From contig CM120646.1 of assembly GCA_051362555.1 (NCBI GenBank), positions 5,146,001 through 5,210,000 on the forward strand: a stretch of 64,000 nt of DNA. Direction: 5' to 3'. Within the stretch, counting starts at the first letter, position 1, and each line of letters begins with the position of its first letter. The position numbers and the translations under genes were made by a program. Below are positions 23,368-36,083 of the stretch, piece by piece. The DNA comes from Lingula anatina (Eukaryota; Animalia; Brachiopoda). The notes below the pieces were generated by a model. It was given only the letters and a program-made list of their open reading frames with translations, was not told the DNA's origin and did not search any database.

Positions 23368-25068
23368 TTAGAGACATGCCATCCAGGAGACAGTGATAGA
23401 GTACATATGGGTGCTGCTCCAGCTTTTCATGTTCACATTGACGCCGTGAGGGCTGATGTCGGAGGCGTATGTAGCCACGGTACTATTTTCGCCATTCCTG
23501 AAAGTGATAAGAATAAAAATAGCAATAAAAAAGACTACATACTACATGTATATGCATCCAAAGCACAATTCCATCTTTACTCAACAGAAAGAAAGAAAAA
23601 ACACTTTCTGATAACAAAGATTTCCTTTTTTGCTAAGCTTTTTTTTTTTTTTTTTTTTTTTTGTCAAGCTGCATACAATGTGTTTTGACTTCGTAAAAAA
23701 ACTTAAGGCTTTGCAAAGGCGACGCTCTAAAAGGGATAGGCCTTCTTCTTCAAAAAAAATCTGCCTTAGAGAATAGAAGCACAACTTAGACCAATTCCTC
23801 TAACACCAGTGTTAAGTAAAGTTCTGAAATAAATTAGTGCAAACTGGGTAACAGATCGCCTGAAAATTGAGAAGGCCCAGTTTGGTTGGACAGGTGAAAA
23901 TCTACCAAAGAATAATTCCACCCAAATAACAACACCCATACTAAAATCCACAGGCACCCAATATCTAAAGGAAGAAATAACAAAAAAAATACAGTTAAAT
24001 TTTTGGGAAGAATTGCAGAAAGGAGAAAAAAGAAACTCAGAACATATGGAAAAAGTAAAAAAACTTGTGAGGCTGAACCTTATCTAAAACTCAATGTTCC
24101 TTTAGCTAAAAAAATTCGTGGCAAAAATGAGGATCAGTGATCATGAATTAGAAATTGAACAAGGGCGATATACAAAAGCAAAGACAAAAGGATATGCCCC
24201 CACTGCGGCTCAATAGAAGGTGAAGCGCACTTTTTTCTAGAATGCAGTGAACACAGAGCCGAACGGGAAATACCGTTCGCCCCATACCAGAAGTGAATTT
24301 GGCCCTGCGATCGATCCACAGTTAGTACGATAGGGTCTGGGAATGGTCCCTATGGCTCTTTTCTTTCCAAACTAAATGACGCAGTCTCAGTTAATATCTC
24401 AGAAAAGAAATTATATTGATCCATAGAAGCAAGTTTTTTATGCGCGGGATATTCTACACAGAATCAAACAATGGTGATATCGTCACAGTAAAAGGGTCAA
24501 TGTTGTGTCTTACCAAATATCAAATTTCGATATTGTCACCATAACGTTTGGAGTCCTAATGAACGGTTCATCGAAACGCATATACTTCACTTGGCTCTGA
24601 CACCTTTGGCTACTGCCTCTCTTACAGTAATCGCTGGACATTACTCCCGATACACCTGTAACATGAAAACACATATTTGTGTATCCTCCATATTTTAAAC
24701 GTTCTGGGTCTGTATGAACATATTTCTATAAGTGTTGTTATATCAGAATAAAATTATGTCATGACTCAGAAGTTTGTTTCATCATTCAGGTCTAAGCTCG
24801 GTAAATTGAAACTGGTTCTTGTACGTGTCTACTCCCTTCAAATACATCCTTAATTGTCTTATTCTATCTAGTAAAGATTTATATTAAACGGAGTAATTTT
24901 CTTGTTTATTTATCTTTTTTTTCAGTTTAATATAAAACAGTTCCCATTCTGCTCTGGTTATCAGCGAAAAATGTTAAGAATTTATCAATCGTTTTCAAAA
25001 CCATCCGAAAACATCACCACAAAAACATTAGCCACTGAGTGCATATTATAAAGGTAAATTTAATTACT

Positions 25069-25152
<84 letters not shown>

Positions 25153-25330
25153 TTTTATTCGCACTTGTCTCACCCGCAGTCTGGTTGTACTTTAACAGAT
25201 GGAATTAAAAAACAGTCGAGAACGATACCGACTTCTTACAGATTTTAAAACTGTACTTACACCTGGCATCAATTAAATCTGGAAGTAGCAGAACAGCCAA
25301 AAAGCAACCAAGGAGAACTCTGGGGGTCAT
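23368..25330 (-). CDS. Secreted H-type lectin, copy 2 (intact, 113 aa)
   Basis: Exons 25261-25330, 24514-24655 and 23368-23497, with GT-AG introns of phase 1 and 2. MTPRVLLGCFLAVLLLPDLIDARCVSGVMSSDYCKRGSSQRCQSQVKYMRFDEPFIRTPNVMVTISKFDIWNGENSTVATYASDISPHGVNVNMKSWSSTHMYSITVSWMACL*. TATA at 25387-25394. Confidence 0.9.
23995..24260 (+). mobile_element. Non-LTR retrotransposon (LINE) 3' fragment in copy 2 intron 2
   Basis: Frameshifted translation KLRTY...EPYL...AKMRISDHELEIEQGRY...KRICPHCGSIEGEAHFFLEC matches the Cys/His C-terminus typical of RTE-X/CR1-group ORF2. Confidence 0.75.
25074..25149. repeat. (TA)n microsatellite in copy 2 intron 1
   Basis: Read directly. The homologous position is also expanded in copy 5 (43031-43083) and short in copies 3 and 4. 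Confidence 0.95.
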
Positions 25331-27683
25331 CTTCTTGTCCTCAGTCTGAACAGGCGACCGACTGAACGAACTGTGGCGCCCATGTCCTTTTATAGTTGCG
25401 CAGTCTTATGTTTATAAATGTCTTGGCAGTTTATCAAGTTTCATGTAGTTTCCATCGTGCGGGGAGGTCCAATCAAGTCCCAACGAATAACACCGTGTTT
25501 TGATTGACATTTGTCTCGTCCTCTTCTAAACAAAGGTGTACAGCCGTATTCTGCAATGCCCTGGCAGAGTAACAAGTTCACATATATAACAGACAGGTTC
25601 AGACACGCGAGGAAGCAAAATCAAGTTCCATTGAACAACACGCAGTTCTGATTTACATATCTCAGCCTTGACTTAATAGAAGTCATACGTTGTATCACTA
25701 TATGTGTATCAGAAGTGAAAGTACATGTATATTCTCCTCTGAAAAGCTTACATATAAACATTATTTTTTTACAAGATCAATCTTATGGAGTATGGCTTCA
25801 CTATATATCAGGTGCAATGGGGTAATTTGGCGAAAGAACGGTGGAAAATGCTGAAATAAAACTAACTTGTGAAAGGGGAGATGTATTTAACACGTTTAGT
25901 AATAAAGTTCGTACATGAAGAACAGGATAAAAGTCTTATTTGCCTAAAATATTGGTCCATTGACAGACTGTTTGTATCATGCCGTTAGTTCATAGTTTTT
26001 GTTTTGTATATATTATTGTATCATGATTCTTTGGTTTTCCTATGTAAACAATTAAGGGTATATAAAATTTCTTGCACGACGCACGAAAGACGTAAACATC
26101 TGAGGGTTTGCAATGTAATGATAAACAGTTTGATTTAATTAGGTTCACCAGTGTTGTCATCTAGATTTTATCTAATATGAGCACTCACAATAAAGTCAAA
26201 ATTCGTGAACTTCAGCTTCATAACTCTCCATATAACATTATTATTATCATTTAAAAGAGGACATATAAATTTGAGTATTAGCAGTGCATCATTTCTATTC
26301 ATTATCACACTGGGTCTTTTTCAACCATTAAAATATCTTGATTGAAAACAGGTTGCAGGATTTATATTTTACTCCAGGAATATGATTATCTATCAATAAT
26401 ATGCAACTAAACGTCTCATGTCCTGTTTTAAATTAAAATAATAATACTATACATGTACCTCACCGGAGTAGATTTTGAAGCTAAATAAAGATCAACTCTG
26501 TTGGTATTAGTAAAAGATAAAATATTTTATGGGCATAAACGCATATATATATACATAAAATTTCAATTTAATTTTATTTAACTATACTCAAATAGATTTG
26601 CATATCAATTCAGAACAAATAATTTTATGAAGGAGAAATGCAGAGTTGTGATTGACTTTGATTGGAACATTTTGCTTCGTCCGTAAGCATAACAAACACA
26701 ATATAAACTTCTTATGTCATTTTATTAGCCTGATTCACAATCCCGTAGCTAGATCATTTTTAGGTTTTCATTCCTATTTTACTCAATGCAGACACAATTC
26801 TAACAATCGATTTAACCGATTCAATTTTCCGTAGCTAGGTTCTCTTAACATATGATTTTATTCTTAGTATGTGTTTTGTTTTAGAGAGTTTTTCAGTTTC
26901 TTCAATGTCACGAATGCAATCATAATGCCACAAAATACTCCATCCAGATGGATAACGTGCACTTTTGCAATTACTACCCAATGAATTTTATGTTCCCATT
27001 CACTGCAAAATAATTTATGAATTTTCTTCACAAAAGTAAGTAAAAAAGTAGCCCAATAAAAAAGATTTTATTTTAAGCATAAAAATAAATTGCTAATTAA
27101 GCACAGTATGGCTTTCTGTTAATACAAAATTTATGCCTTTACCAAACAATAGGGTTGAATGATGAATTGCGTTGCATAAATATAATATTTTCAAAAGACA
27201 ACTAATGCAATTAAGCGCAGAAAATAATTCTAACGATAAATATCGAAGAACTACATCTTCAGCTTTTTGTGTGAACAGCACTTGTTTTTTTTGTTTTTTT
27301 TTTTCTAATTTAAATTAAAAGGTTTAGTTATTTTTGCTCTTGGATTTGTCATATTTTATACTATCTTGCAGTCAAAGAATATTATAGAAATGAAATATTA
27401 GTGCTTTGAAATGCACAAGCTATTAAGTGCGCCGTAAAAGAACATTTGTTTTTGTTGTTGTTATTATTATTTATTGTTGCTTCTAAAAGAAGCCGTTTCA
27501 CATGTGACAACTACCCCTTTATACCATTAAATAATTTCCAGATAAGTCTATTTGATAAGTCAGATTTCTGCGGTGCATGCATTTATTAGGTATATGATCA
27601 AAAACCAAAACAATGAAGTTGGCCATATGACTGCTGTACGCTCAATGTTTTCAATTTAAGCATGCATGTGTATTCCAAAAAGT

Positions 27684-29791
27684 TTACAGGCATGCCATCC
27701 ATGAGACGGTGATAGAGTACATATGGGTGCTGCTCCAACTTTTCATGTTCACATTGAAGCCGAGGGGGCTGATGTCGGATGCGTATGCATTCACCCTACT
27801 ATTTTCACCATTCCTGAAAGTGAGAAAAATAATGAGAGTAAAGACAATTGCATACTACACGTGCATATTTTTGCAGCCAAAGCACATCCTATCTTTATTC
27901 AATAAAACGAAAGGGAAAATTTTCTGACAGCAAAGATATCCTTTATTTGTCAAACTGCACACCATGTTTTTTGCCTTCGTAAAGAATGGCAGAGGTAGGC
28001 CTCCTTCCAGAAAAATCTGCCTAAGAGAATAGAAGCAGATCTTATATCAATTCCTCTAACACCAGTGTTAAGTAAAGTTCTGAAATAATTAAGTGCAAAC
28101 TGGGTTACAGATCGCCTGCAAATTGAGAGGGCCAGTTTGGTGGACCAGGTGAAAATCGACTGAAGAATAATTCTGAAATTGTTATCCTCCTATTGGCTGA
28201 TAAATTTTCATTTGTCAATAGCCACAGAAAAAATAACTGATATTTACCAGCCAATATATCGTCTGCTGACTGTCAGACTTCATCAAGGAAATGCAACTTC
28301 ATTGGCCATTTCAGACATGTAGCTAATGAAACTGTTCAACTAACTTGTTGGGATGCGTGTGCTTTAGTCACAATGTAATATTTGACGTGTTACTTTTGGA
28401 AAGGACCCATTCACTCTAAGCTCAAATGTAACCAATTTGACATTTGAAAAATATGACTGGGTTCCCATACCTAGATAGATCTAACAGGATCACGCCAACT
28501 CCAAGGGGTTTCTCTCTAAATTGCTTTCAGCTTTAACGGCTCATATGTATGGCACGCCTACTGATACTGTTAAACAATAATTAATTACCCCCTGTTACAG
28601 TAGGCGTGACAGACATCTAAGCCGCTTAAGCTGATAGCAATTTAGCGAGAATCCCCTTGGAGATAGATCGATCCACAGTTAGTACGATAGGGTCTGGTCA
28701 CTATGGCTCCCTTCTCTTCCAAACAAAATGACGCAGTCCCGGTTCATATCACAGAAAAATTGTATTTATCCTTAGAAGCAAGCTTTTTATGAGTAGCGTA
28801 TCAAAATATTCTACACAAAATTAAACAATGGTGGTATCGTCACAGTCAATGTTGTCTTACCAAATATCAAATTTCGATATTGCCACCAAAACGTTCGGAG
28901 CCCTTATGAACGGTTCATCGAAACGCACATGCTTCACTTGACTCTGACACCTTTGAGTACTATCTTTGTTACAGACGTCGCTGGACATTACTCCCGATAC
29001 ACCTGTAACATGAAAACACACATATTTATGTACCTTCCATATTATAAACGTTCTTGATCTGCACGAACAGATTTCTATAACAGTTGTTATATCAGAATGA
29101 AATTATGTCCTGACTAAGAAGTTTGTTCTATCATTCTGATAATACGCTTGGCAAATTGAACTTGGTTCTTGTACGTGTCTACTCCCTTCAAATATATTTA
29201 AACGAAATAATTTTCTTGTATTACATTTTCGGTTTGGGTTTTTTCAGTGTAGAATAAAACAGTTACCATTCCAGCTTTCGGCGAAAAAGCGAAACATTGA
29301 TAATATCGTTTTTAAAACTACCGAACCAAATAACATTCTCTTAGACTGGGTTTCCATACCTGGATTGAGTTTCTCTCTAAATTGATTTCAGCTTAAGCGG
29401 CTTAAATGTCTGGCACGCCTACTGAAGGGTCTAAACGATAATATTTTACCCCCCCCCCCCCCACCCACCCCAGCGGCTTCAGTAGGCGTGACGTATAGTA
29501 TAATAATGAAGGTAAATTCAGCTACTAGCACTATATACATATGTTGTTTTTTAGTCGTCCTTGCCAAACTCTCACCCGCAGTCTGGCTGTACCTTAACGT
29601 AAATGTCACTGTTGCATGTACACGGTTGGTTTTAACTACAGAATTATCTAACAAATACAGGAGGACTAAAAAACAGTCGAGAACGACCCCGACTTCTAAC
29701 ATATTTTAAAATTATACTTACACAAGGCATCAATTGCATCTGTAAGTAGCAGAACAGCCAAAAAGCAACCAAGGAGAACTCTGGAGGTCAT
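27684..29791 (-). CDS. Secreted H-type lectin, copy 3 (intact, 113 aa)
   Basis: Exons 29722-29791, 28861-29002 and 27684-27813. MTSRVLLGCFLAVLLLTDAIDALCVSGVMSSDVCNKDSTQRCQSQVKHVRFDEPFIRAPNVLVAISKFDIWNGENSRVNAYASDISPLGFNVNMKSWSSTHMYSITVSWMACL*. TATA at 29848-29855. Confidence 0.9.
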
Positions 29792-32569
29792 CTTCTTGTT
29801 CTCGGTCTGAACAGGCGAGTGACTGAACGAACTGTGGCGCCCATGTCCTTTTATAGTTCCACAGTCTGTTGTTCACACATGTCCTGGCAGTTTATCAAGT
29901 TTCGTGCATTTTCAGTCATGCGGGGAGGCCCAATCAAGTCCCAAAAAATACATATAAACAACACCATATTAAGTTTCTGCTTTCATAATACCCGGATCTA
30001 GTCAGGCAGGTTTATCATGATTTCGTTTTACATATATTTCTGTTTACAAACATGGAGAGTTTCAAATTTTAAAAACGTCAATTTTAATTGATGTAACAGA
30101 GAGAAAATATGTGTCATCAATAACATTTTCGAAATTTTTTTGTGCTATTTTTGATACTCTCCCACAAAGAAACTCTCCGGAATACTTAACATAAACATTG
30201 TCAGTGATGAACTTTTTCTATTTTTTTGTGCTTTTATCACCCCTTCTCCCACATAAAGACGTGCCAATTACTTTTCAAAATGCTTAAGGCTTGCATTAAG
30301 TTTGACAGAAATTCATAGAAACTCCAAAAAGGGGGCAATCAGACATTTGAATTCAATAGGAACAATGCCCAGTACTTTTCTGTACCCCAGATCGCTTTTT
30401 TTTTTTCTCTTTAATTAGCGAGGGAAAGGGGCAAATTTTGGAGACATCTTTTCAGGTTAGTGCATCATTTGGGAATCAAAAGTTGGAGGCAGGTGACACC
30501 AAGGTACAGTTGCTGCACCGGTCATTTTAATACGGAAAAGCGTTGTTTATCCTTGCCCTCAACATTTTGATACAATGTAGTGGGAAGTTAACGCAAATCA
30601 TGATTCTTTGGTTTGCCTATGTAAATAATTGATTATATATAAAATTTCTTGCACGAATCAAGACGTAAACATCTGAGGGTTTGCATTGTAATGATAAACT
30701 TTTTGATTTACTTAGGTTGGCCAGTGTGGTAATTAAAGACGGCTTAGATTTTATGGTGATGGTATCCAGCATTGGCACCGTGTTTTTCTCACGACATCAT
30801 CAAATATGAGCATTCGTAATAAAGTCACAATTTGAAATCATTTAACAAATGTTACAAAGTGTAAAAATGAGGTAATTTTGGTTTCTTTTGTGTTGTTAAT
30901 GTGCCTACAATATTTTCGCACCTTTGTGCGCTTTAGCTTCAGCGTCATGACTCTCCATATAGTGTTATTTATTTTCATTTAAAACAAGACATGAGACGTT
31001 TAGTTGCTTATTAGTGGTAGATAATCATACTCCTGGAGTAAAATATAAAGTCTGCAACCTGTTTTCAATCAAGATATTTTAATGGTTGAAAATACCCAGT
31101 GTGATAGTGAAAGGAATGATGCATTGCTAATTCTTAAACTTATATATGTCCTCTTTTAAATGATAATAATAATTTTATATGTGCTCATATTAGATAAAAT
31201 CTAGTTGACAACAAAGCCGTTCTTTATAACCACACTGGCCAACTTAGTAATCAAAAAGTTCATCATTACAATGCAGACTCTCAGATGTTTACGTCTTTTG
31301 TTGATTCGTGCAAGAAATTTTATATATCCTTAATTATATACATAAGCAAACCAAAGAATCATGATTTGCGTTTACTTCCTGCTATCAAAATGTTAAGGAC
31401 AAGGTCAAAACAGACACAATGTAGGAGTGGAGGAGACGCTTTTCCGTATTAAAATGACCGTATTAAAATGTACCTTGGTGTCACCTACCTCCGCTTTTCC
31501 GTATTAAAATGTACCTTGGTGTCACCTACCTCCACTTTTTGATTCCCAAATGGTACACTAACCAGAATAGATATCCCTAGAATGTGTTTCCTTCCCTCGT
31601 TAAAGAGAGCCTCAAGCATTCAGAAAAGTAAATGGCAAGTTTTGATGTGGGAGAGGGGGCGATAAAAGCATTAAAAATAAAAAACAAATACCACAGACAA
31701 TCAACGTTCATGCTCATTATGAGAGTAACAGACAAGTTTCATTTTGGGAGAAGGAGTAATAAAAGCACTAACAATCTCGAAAAATGTATTGATAAAGCCT
31801 ATTTTCTCTCTGTTACATCAAACATGATTTTTTAAAGATTTTCTGTAAGAGTACAGTGATGTTTCTTTAATCAACACTTACAAATATTGAATTTTTCCCT
31901 CAATTTTCTTTTTTTTTTTTTCAATTTTTCGTAATATTTAACAAATACAGATGGTAAACAGAAGACAATACTTATGTTTTGATCGGAGTACCAATTATAT
32001 TTATATTGTGTAAAGAATACCTGTTTTGTTTTTGATACAATAATATATACAAATAAAAAATATGAACTAACGGCAAGATACAAACAGTGCGGGAATGGGC
32101 GAGTATTTTAGGCAAATAAGACATTTATCCAGTTCTTCGTGTACGTACTATATTACTCAACAAGTTAAAGAAATCTCCCCTTTCACAAATTAATTTTATT
32201 TCAGCATTTTCCACCGTTCTTTCGCCAAATTACCCCATTGCGCCTAATATAAAGTGAAGTCAAACTCCATGAGATCGATTTTGTAAAAAATAATGTTTAT
32301 ATGTAAGCTTTTTAAGAGGAGAATATACTTTCACTCTAATACACAGTGATAAAACGTATGACTTTTATTAAGTCAAGGCAGATATGTAAATCAAAACTGC
32401 GTGTTGTTCAAAGGAACTTGATTTTGCTTCCTCGCGTGTCTGAACATGTCTGTTATATATGTGAACTTGTTACTCTGCCAGGGCATTGCAGAATACGGCT
32501 GTACACCTTTGTTTAGAAGAGGGCGAGACAAATGTAAATCAAAACCCGGCGTTATTTGTTGGGACTTGA

Positions 32570-32682
32570 TTGGACCTCCCCGCATGACTGAAACTACATG
32601 AAACTTGATAAACTGCCAGGACATGTGTGAACATAAGACTGTGCAACTATAAAAGGACATGGGCGCCACAGTTCGTTCAGTC
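32570..32682 (+). promoter_or_regulatory. Core promoter of lectin copy 4
   Basis: ATTGG (reverse CCAAT) near 32570, GATA near 32607, TATAAAAG at 32648-32655 and TCAGTC Inr at 32677-32682. Confidence 0.75.
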
Positions 32683-32711
32683 ACTCGCCTGTTCAGACCG
32701 AGAACAAGAAG

Positions 32712-35700
32712 ATGGCCTCCAGAGTTCTCCTTGGTTGCTTATTGGTTGTTCTACTACTTCCAGATTTAATTGATGCCGGGTGTAAGTACAGTATTGAAAT
32801 ATGTTTGAAGTCAGTATTGTTTCGACTGTTTTTTATTCCATCTGTTTTTGTTAGATAATACTATGATTAAAATCAACCATGACATTTTAACAGTAACAGT
32901 CACCTGAAGGTACAACCAGACCGCGGGTGAGACTATGGCAAGTACGGATAAAAAACTATATATTTATATATGTAATACCAGTAATTGGATTTAACTTTAT
33001 TATTATTATATGCACTCAATTTCTACCTGAGATTCGAATGAGGAAGGAGGGGCATTTTATGTCCAAATGGTGTAACGAAGGGTGATAGTATGCTTTGTTT
33101 TCGTTTGAATTCAAGTGACAATTTTAGCCTTTCTTGAATTTCAGCGTAATTTTACACGGTATACACAGCCATTAAATACCCAAAACCCCATTGGAATTTT
33201 CAAAAAACAGATATTGTCTGTACATCATGCTGCCTTTCACCCTCAGAATTTCTTAACATCATATCAAGCATTATTTATAATATTCAACCAACACAGATCA
33301 TGTTTTGTACACGTGTCGTCAAATATGAAGAACTTTTTTTAATAAAAAACCATTCCCAGATCCTATCGTACTAACTGTGGATCGATCTATCTCAAAGGGG
33401 AATCTTGCTAAATTGCAATCACCTTAAGTGGGTTCGATGTATGTCACGCCTACTGAAGCTGATAAAGGGTAATTAATTATCGTTTAGCACCTTCAGTAGG
33501 CGTGCTAGACATCTAAGCCACATTAGCTGAAAGCAATTTAGCGAACAACCCCTGGGAGACAGATCTATCCTGTTAGATCGATCTACGTATGGAAACCGAG
33601 TCTAAGATAATGTTTTTGTGTCGGATGTTTTTGAAAATGATTTATCAATTCTTAGCATTTTTCGCTGATAACCAGAATGGGAACTGTTTAATATTAGACT
33701 GAAAAAAAAATGAAAGGGTATTGCAAGAAAATTACCTCGTTTAATATAAACATTTACTAGATAGATAGAATAAGACAATTTAAGATGCATTTGAAGGGAG
33801 TAGACACGTACAAGAACCAGTTTCAATTTACCAAGCTTTGTATCTGAATGATAAAACAAACTTCTTAGTCAGGACATAATTCAATTATGATATAGCAACA
33901 CTTATAGAAATATGTTCATACAGACCCAGAACGTTTAAAATATGGAGGATACACAAATATGTGTGTTTTCATGTTTCAGGTGTATCGGGAGTAGTGTCCA
34001 GCGATTACTGTAAGAGAGGCAGTAGCCAAAGGTGTCAGAGCCAAGTGAAGTATGTGCGTTTTGTTGAACCGTTCATAAGGACTCCAAACGTTATGGTGAC
34101 AATATCAAAATTTGACATTTGGTAAGACACAACATTGACCCTTTTTTAATATCATCATTGTTTTATTTTGTGTAGAATAAACTGCGCATAAAAAACCTGC
34201 TTCTATGGATCAATATAATTTCTTTTCTGGGATATTAACTGAGACTGCGTCATTTAGTTTGGGAAGGAGAGGGCCATAGGGGCCATTTCCAGACCTATCG
34301 TACTAACTGTGGATCGGCCATAGGGTCAAATTCATTTCTGGTATGGAGGCGAACGGTGTTTCCCGTTGGGCTCTGTGTTCACTGCACTCTAGTGTGCTTC
34401 ATCTTCTACTGAGTCGCAGCGGGGACATTTCCTTTTGTCTTTGTTTTTGTATATCGCCCTCGTCCAATTTCTAATTCATGATCGCTGATCCTCATTTTTG
34501 CCACTTTTTTTTTAGCTAAAGGAACATTGAGTTTTAGATAAGGTTCAGCCTCACAAGTTTGTTTAATTTTGTCATATGTTCTGAGTTTATTGTTTTCTCC
34601 TTTCTGCAATTCTTCCTAAAAATTTAACTTTATTTTTTATTATTATTATTATCTCTTCCTTTAGATATTGGGTGGTTATGGATTTTAGTATGGGTGTTGT
34701 TATTTGGGTGGAATTATTCTTTATGTCTCCTTCCCCTCCTACTGCACCACAAACTTTTATAATTCCATTCACAACAAGAAAGAAGGGAACAAAGAATATT
34801 GGTTGTTCGATAAATGGCCAAACAAGGCCGCATTTATTATATAACCCCATTATACTAACAATGTAACAAATTGTTGAACGTTATTAATGTTATGGCCTAA
34901 GGGATAATAGTTATATATCAAACATTCGATACGACTCATCATACTAAAAATTATGATGCAATGAGTCAGCAAAAGTTTTTATTTACTAACAAATTTGCAC
35001 AAATTTCGTTTGTGGGGTTGATGAAATTTGCGGAATTGAACATTCAGGTTGAAGGCCGAAGATAACTTCATGCTTAATCGTATCGTGCGCGCTAATGGAA
35101 TGAACAAGCGCATAATGGGATCAGGCAGTGATGCTCCCTTGATATAATTAGCAATGAATCTCATTTGAGGCTCCCCCTCTACGGGAGAATTGAGCATGTG
35201 CGGAATGCGCATCAATAAGCTCTGGAGATTGTTGTCGCCTTAAAATGTCGTTTGACTACGCCAAACTTCTCTTTGGTCGTTTTTCACATGTTCCACCAAA
35301 CTGGGCCTTCTCAGTTTTCAGGCGACCTATTACCCAGTTTGCACTTATTTATTTCAGAACTTTACTTTACACTAGTGTTAGAGGAATTGGTCTAAGATCT
35401 GCTTCTATTCTCTTAGGCAGACTTTTTTTTTTGAAGGTGGCCTACCTCTGCAATTTTAGGCACGGAGCCCTCTCTTTTAGAGCGTCGACTTTGCAATGGG
35501 CTTACGTTTTTGTACGAAGTCAAAACACATTGTATGCAGTTTGACAAAACAAAGAAAGATAAGCAGAAGCGGAAATCTTTATTGTGAGAAAGTTTTTTTT
35601 CCCTTTCTTTCTGTTGAGTAAAGATGGAATTGTGCTTTGGCTGCATATACATGTAGTATGGAATTGTCTTTATTGCTATTGCTCTTATCACTTTCAGGAA

Positions 35701-35827
35701 TGGCGAAAATAGTAGCGTGACTACATACGCCTCCGACCTCAGCCCTCACGGCTTCAATGTGAACATGAAAAGCTGGGGCAGCACCCATATGTACTCTATC
35801 ACCGTCTCATGGATGGCATGTCTCTAA
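32712..35827 (+). CDS. Secreted H-type lectin, copy 4 (intact, 113 aa, inverted orientation)
   Basis: Exons 32712-32781, 33980-34121 and 35698-35827. MASRVLLGCLLVVLLLPDLIDAGCVSGVVSSDYCKRGSSQRCQSQVKYVRFVEPFIRTPNVMVTISKFDIWNGENSSVTTYASDLSPHGFNVNMKSWGSTHMYSITVSWMACL*. Confidence 0.9.
34370..34630 (-). mobile_element. LINE 3' fragment in copy 4 intron 2 (paralogue of 23995-24260)
   Basis: KLRTYDKIKQTCEAEPYL...AKMRISDHELEIGRGRY in ORF 34406-34609. Confidence 0.75.
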
Positions 35828-36036
35828 ACTATTTGGAATACATATGCATGCTTTAATTGAAAACATTGAGCGTACAGCAGTCATATGGCCAACTTCATTA
35901 TTTTGGATTTTGATCATATACCTAATAAATACATGCACCGCAGAAATCTGTGTCAAATATATTTATTTGGAAATAATTTAATGGTATAAAGGGGTAGATG
36001 TCACATGTGTAACGGCTTCTTCTAGAAGCAACAATA

Positions 36037-36083
<47 letters not shown>

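Noticed and set aside
23350-23688. Repeated ORFs of the MGAAPAFHVHIEA type (also 27723, 35579 and 41093)
   Set aside because: They are antisense readings of lectin exon 3; the opposite strand has the splice sites and the lectin motif.
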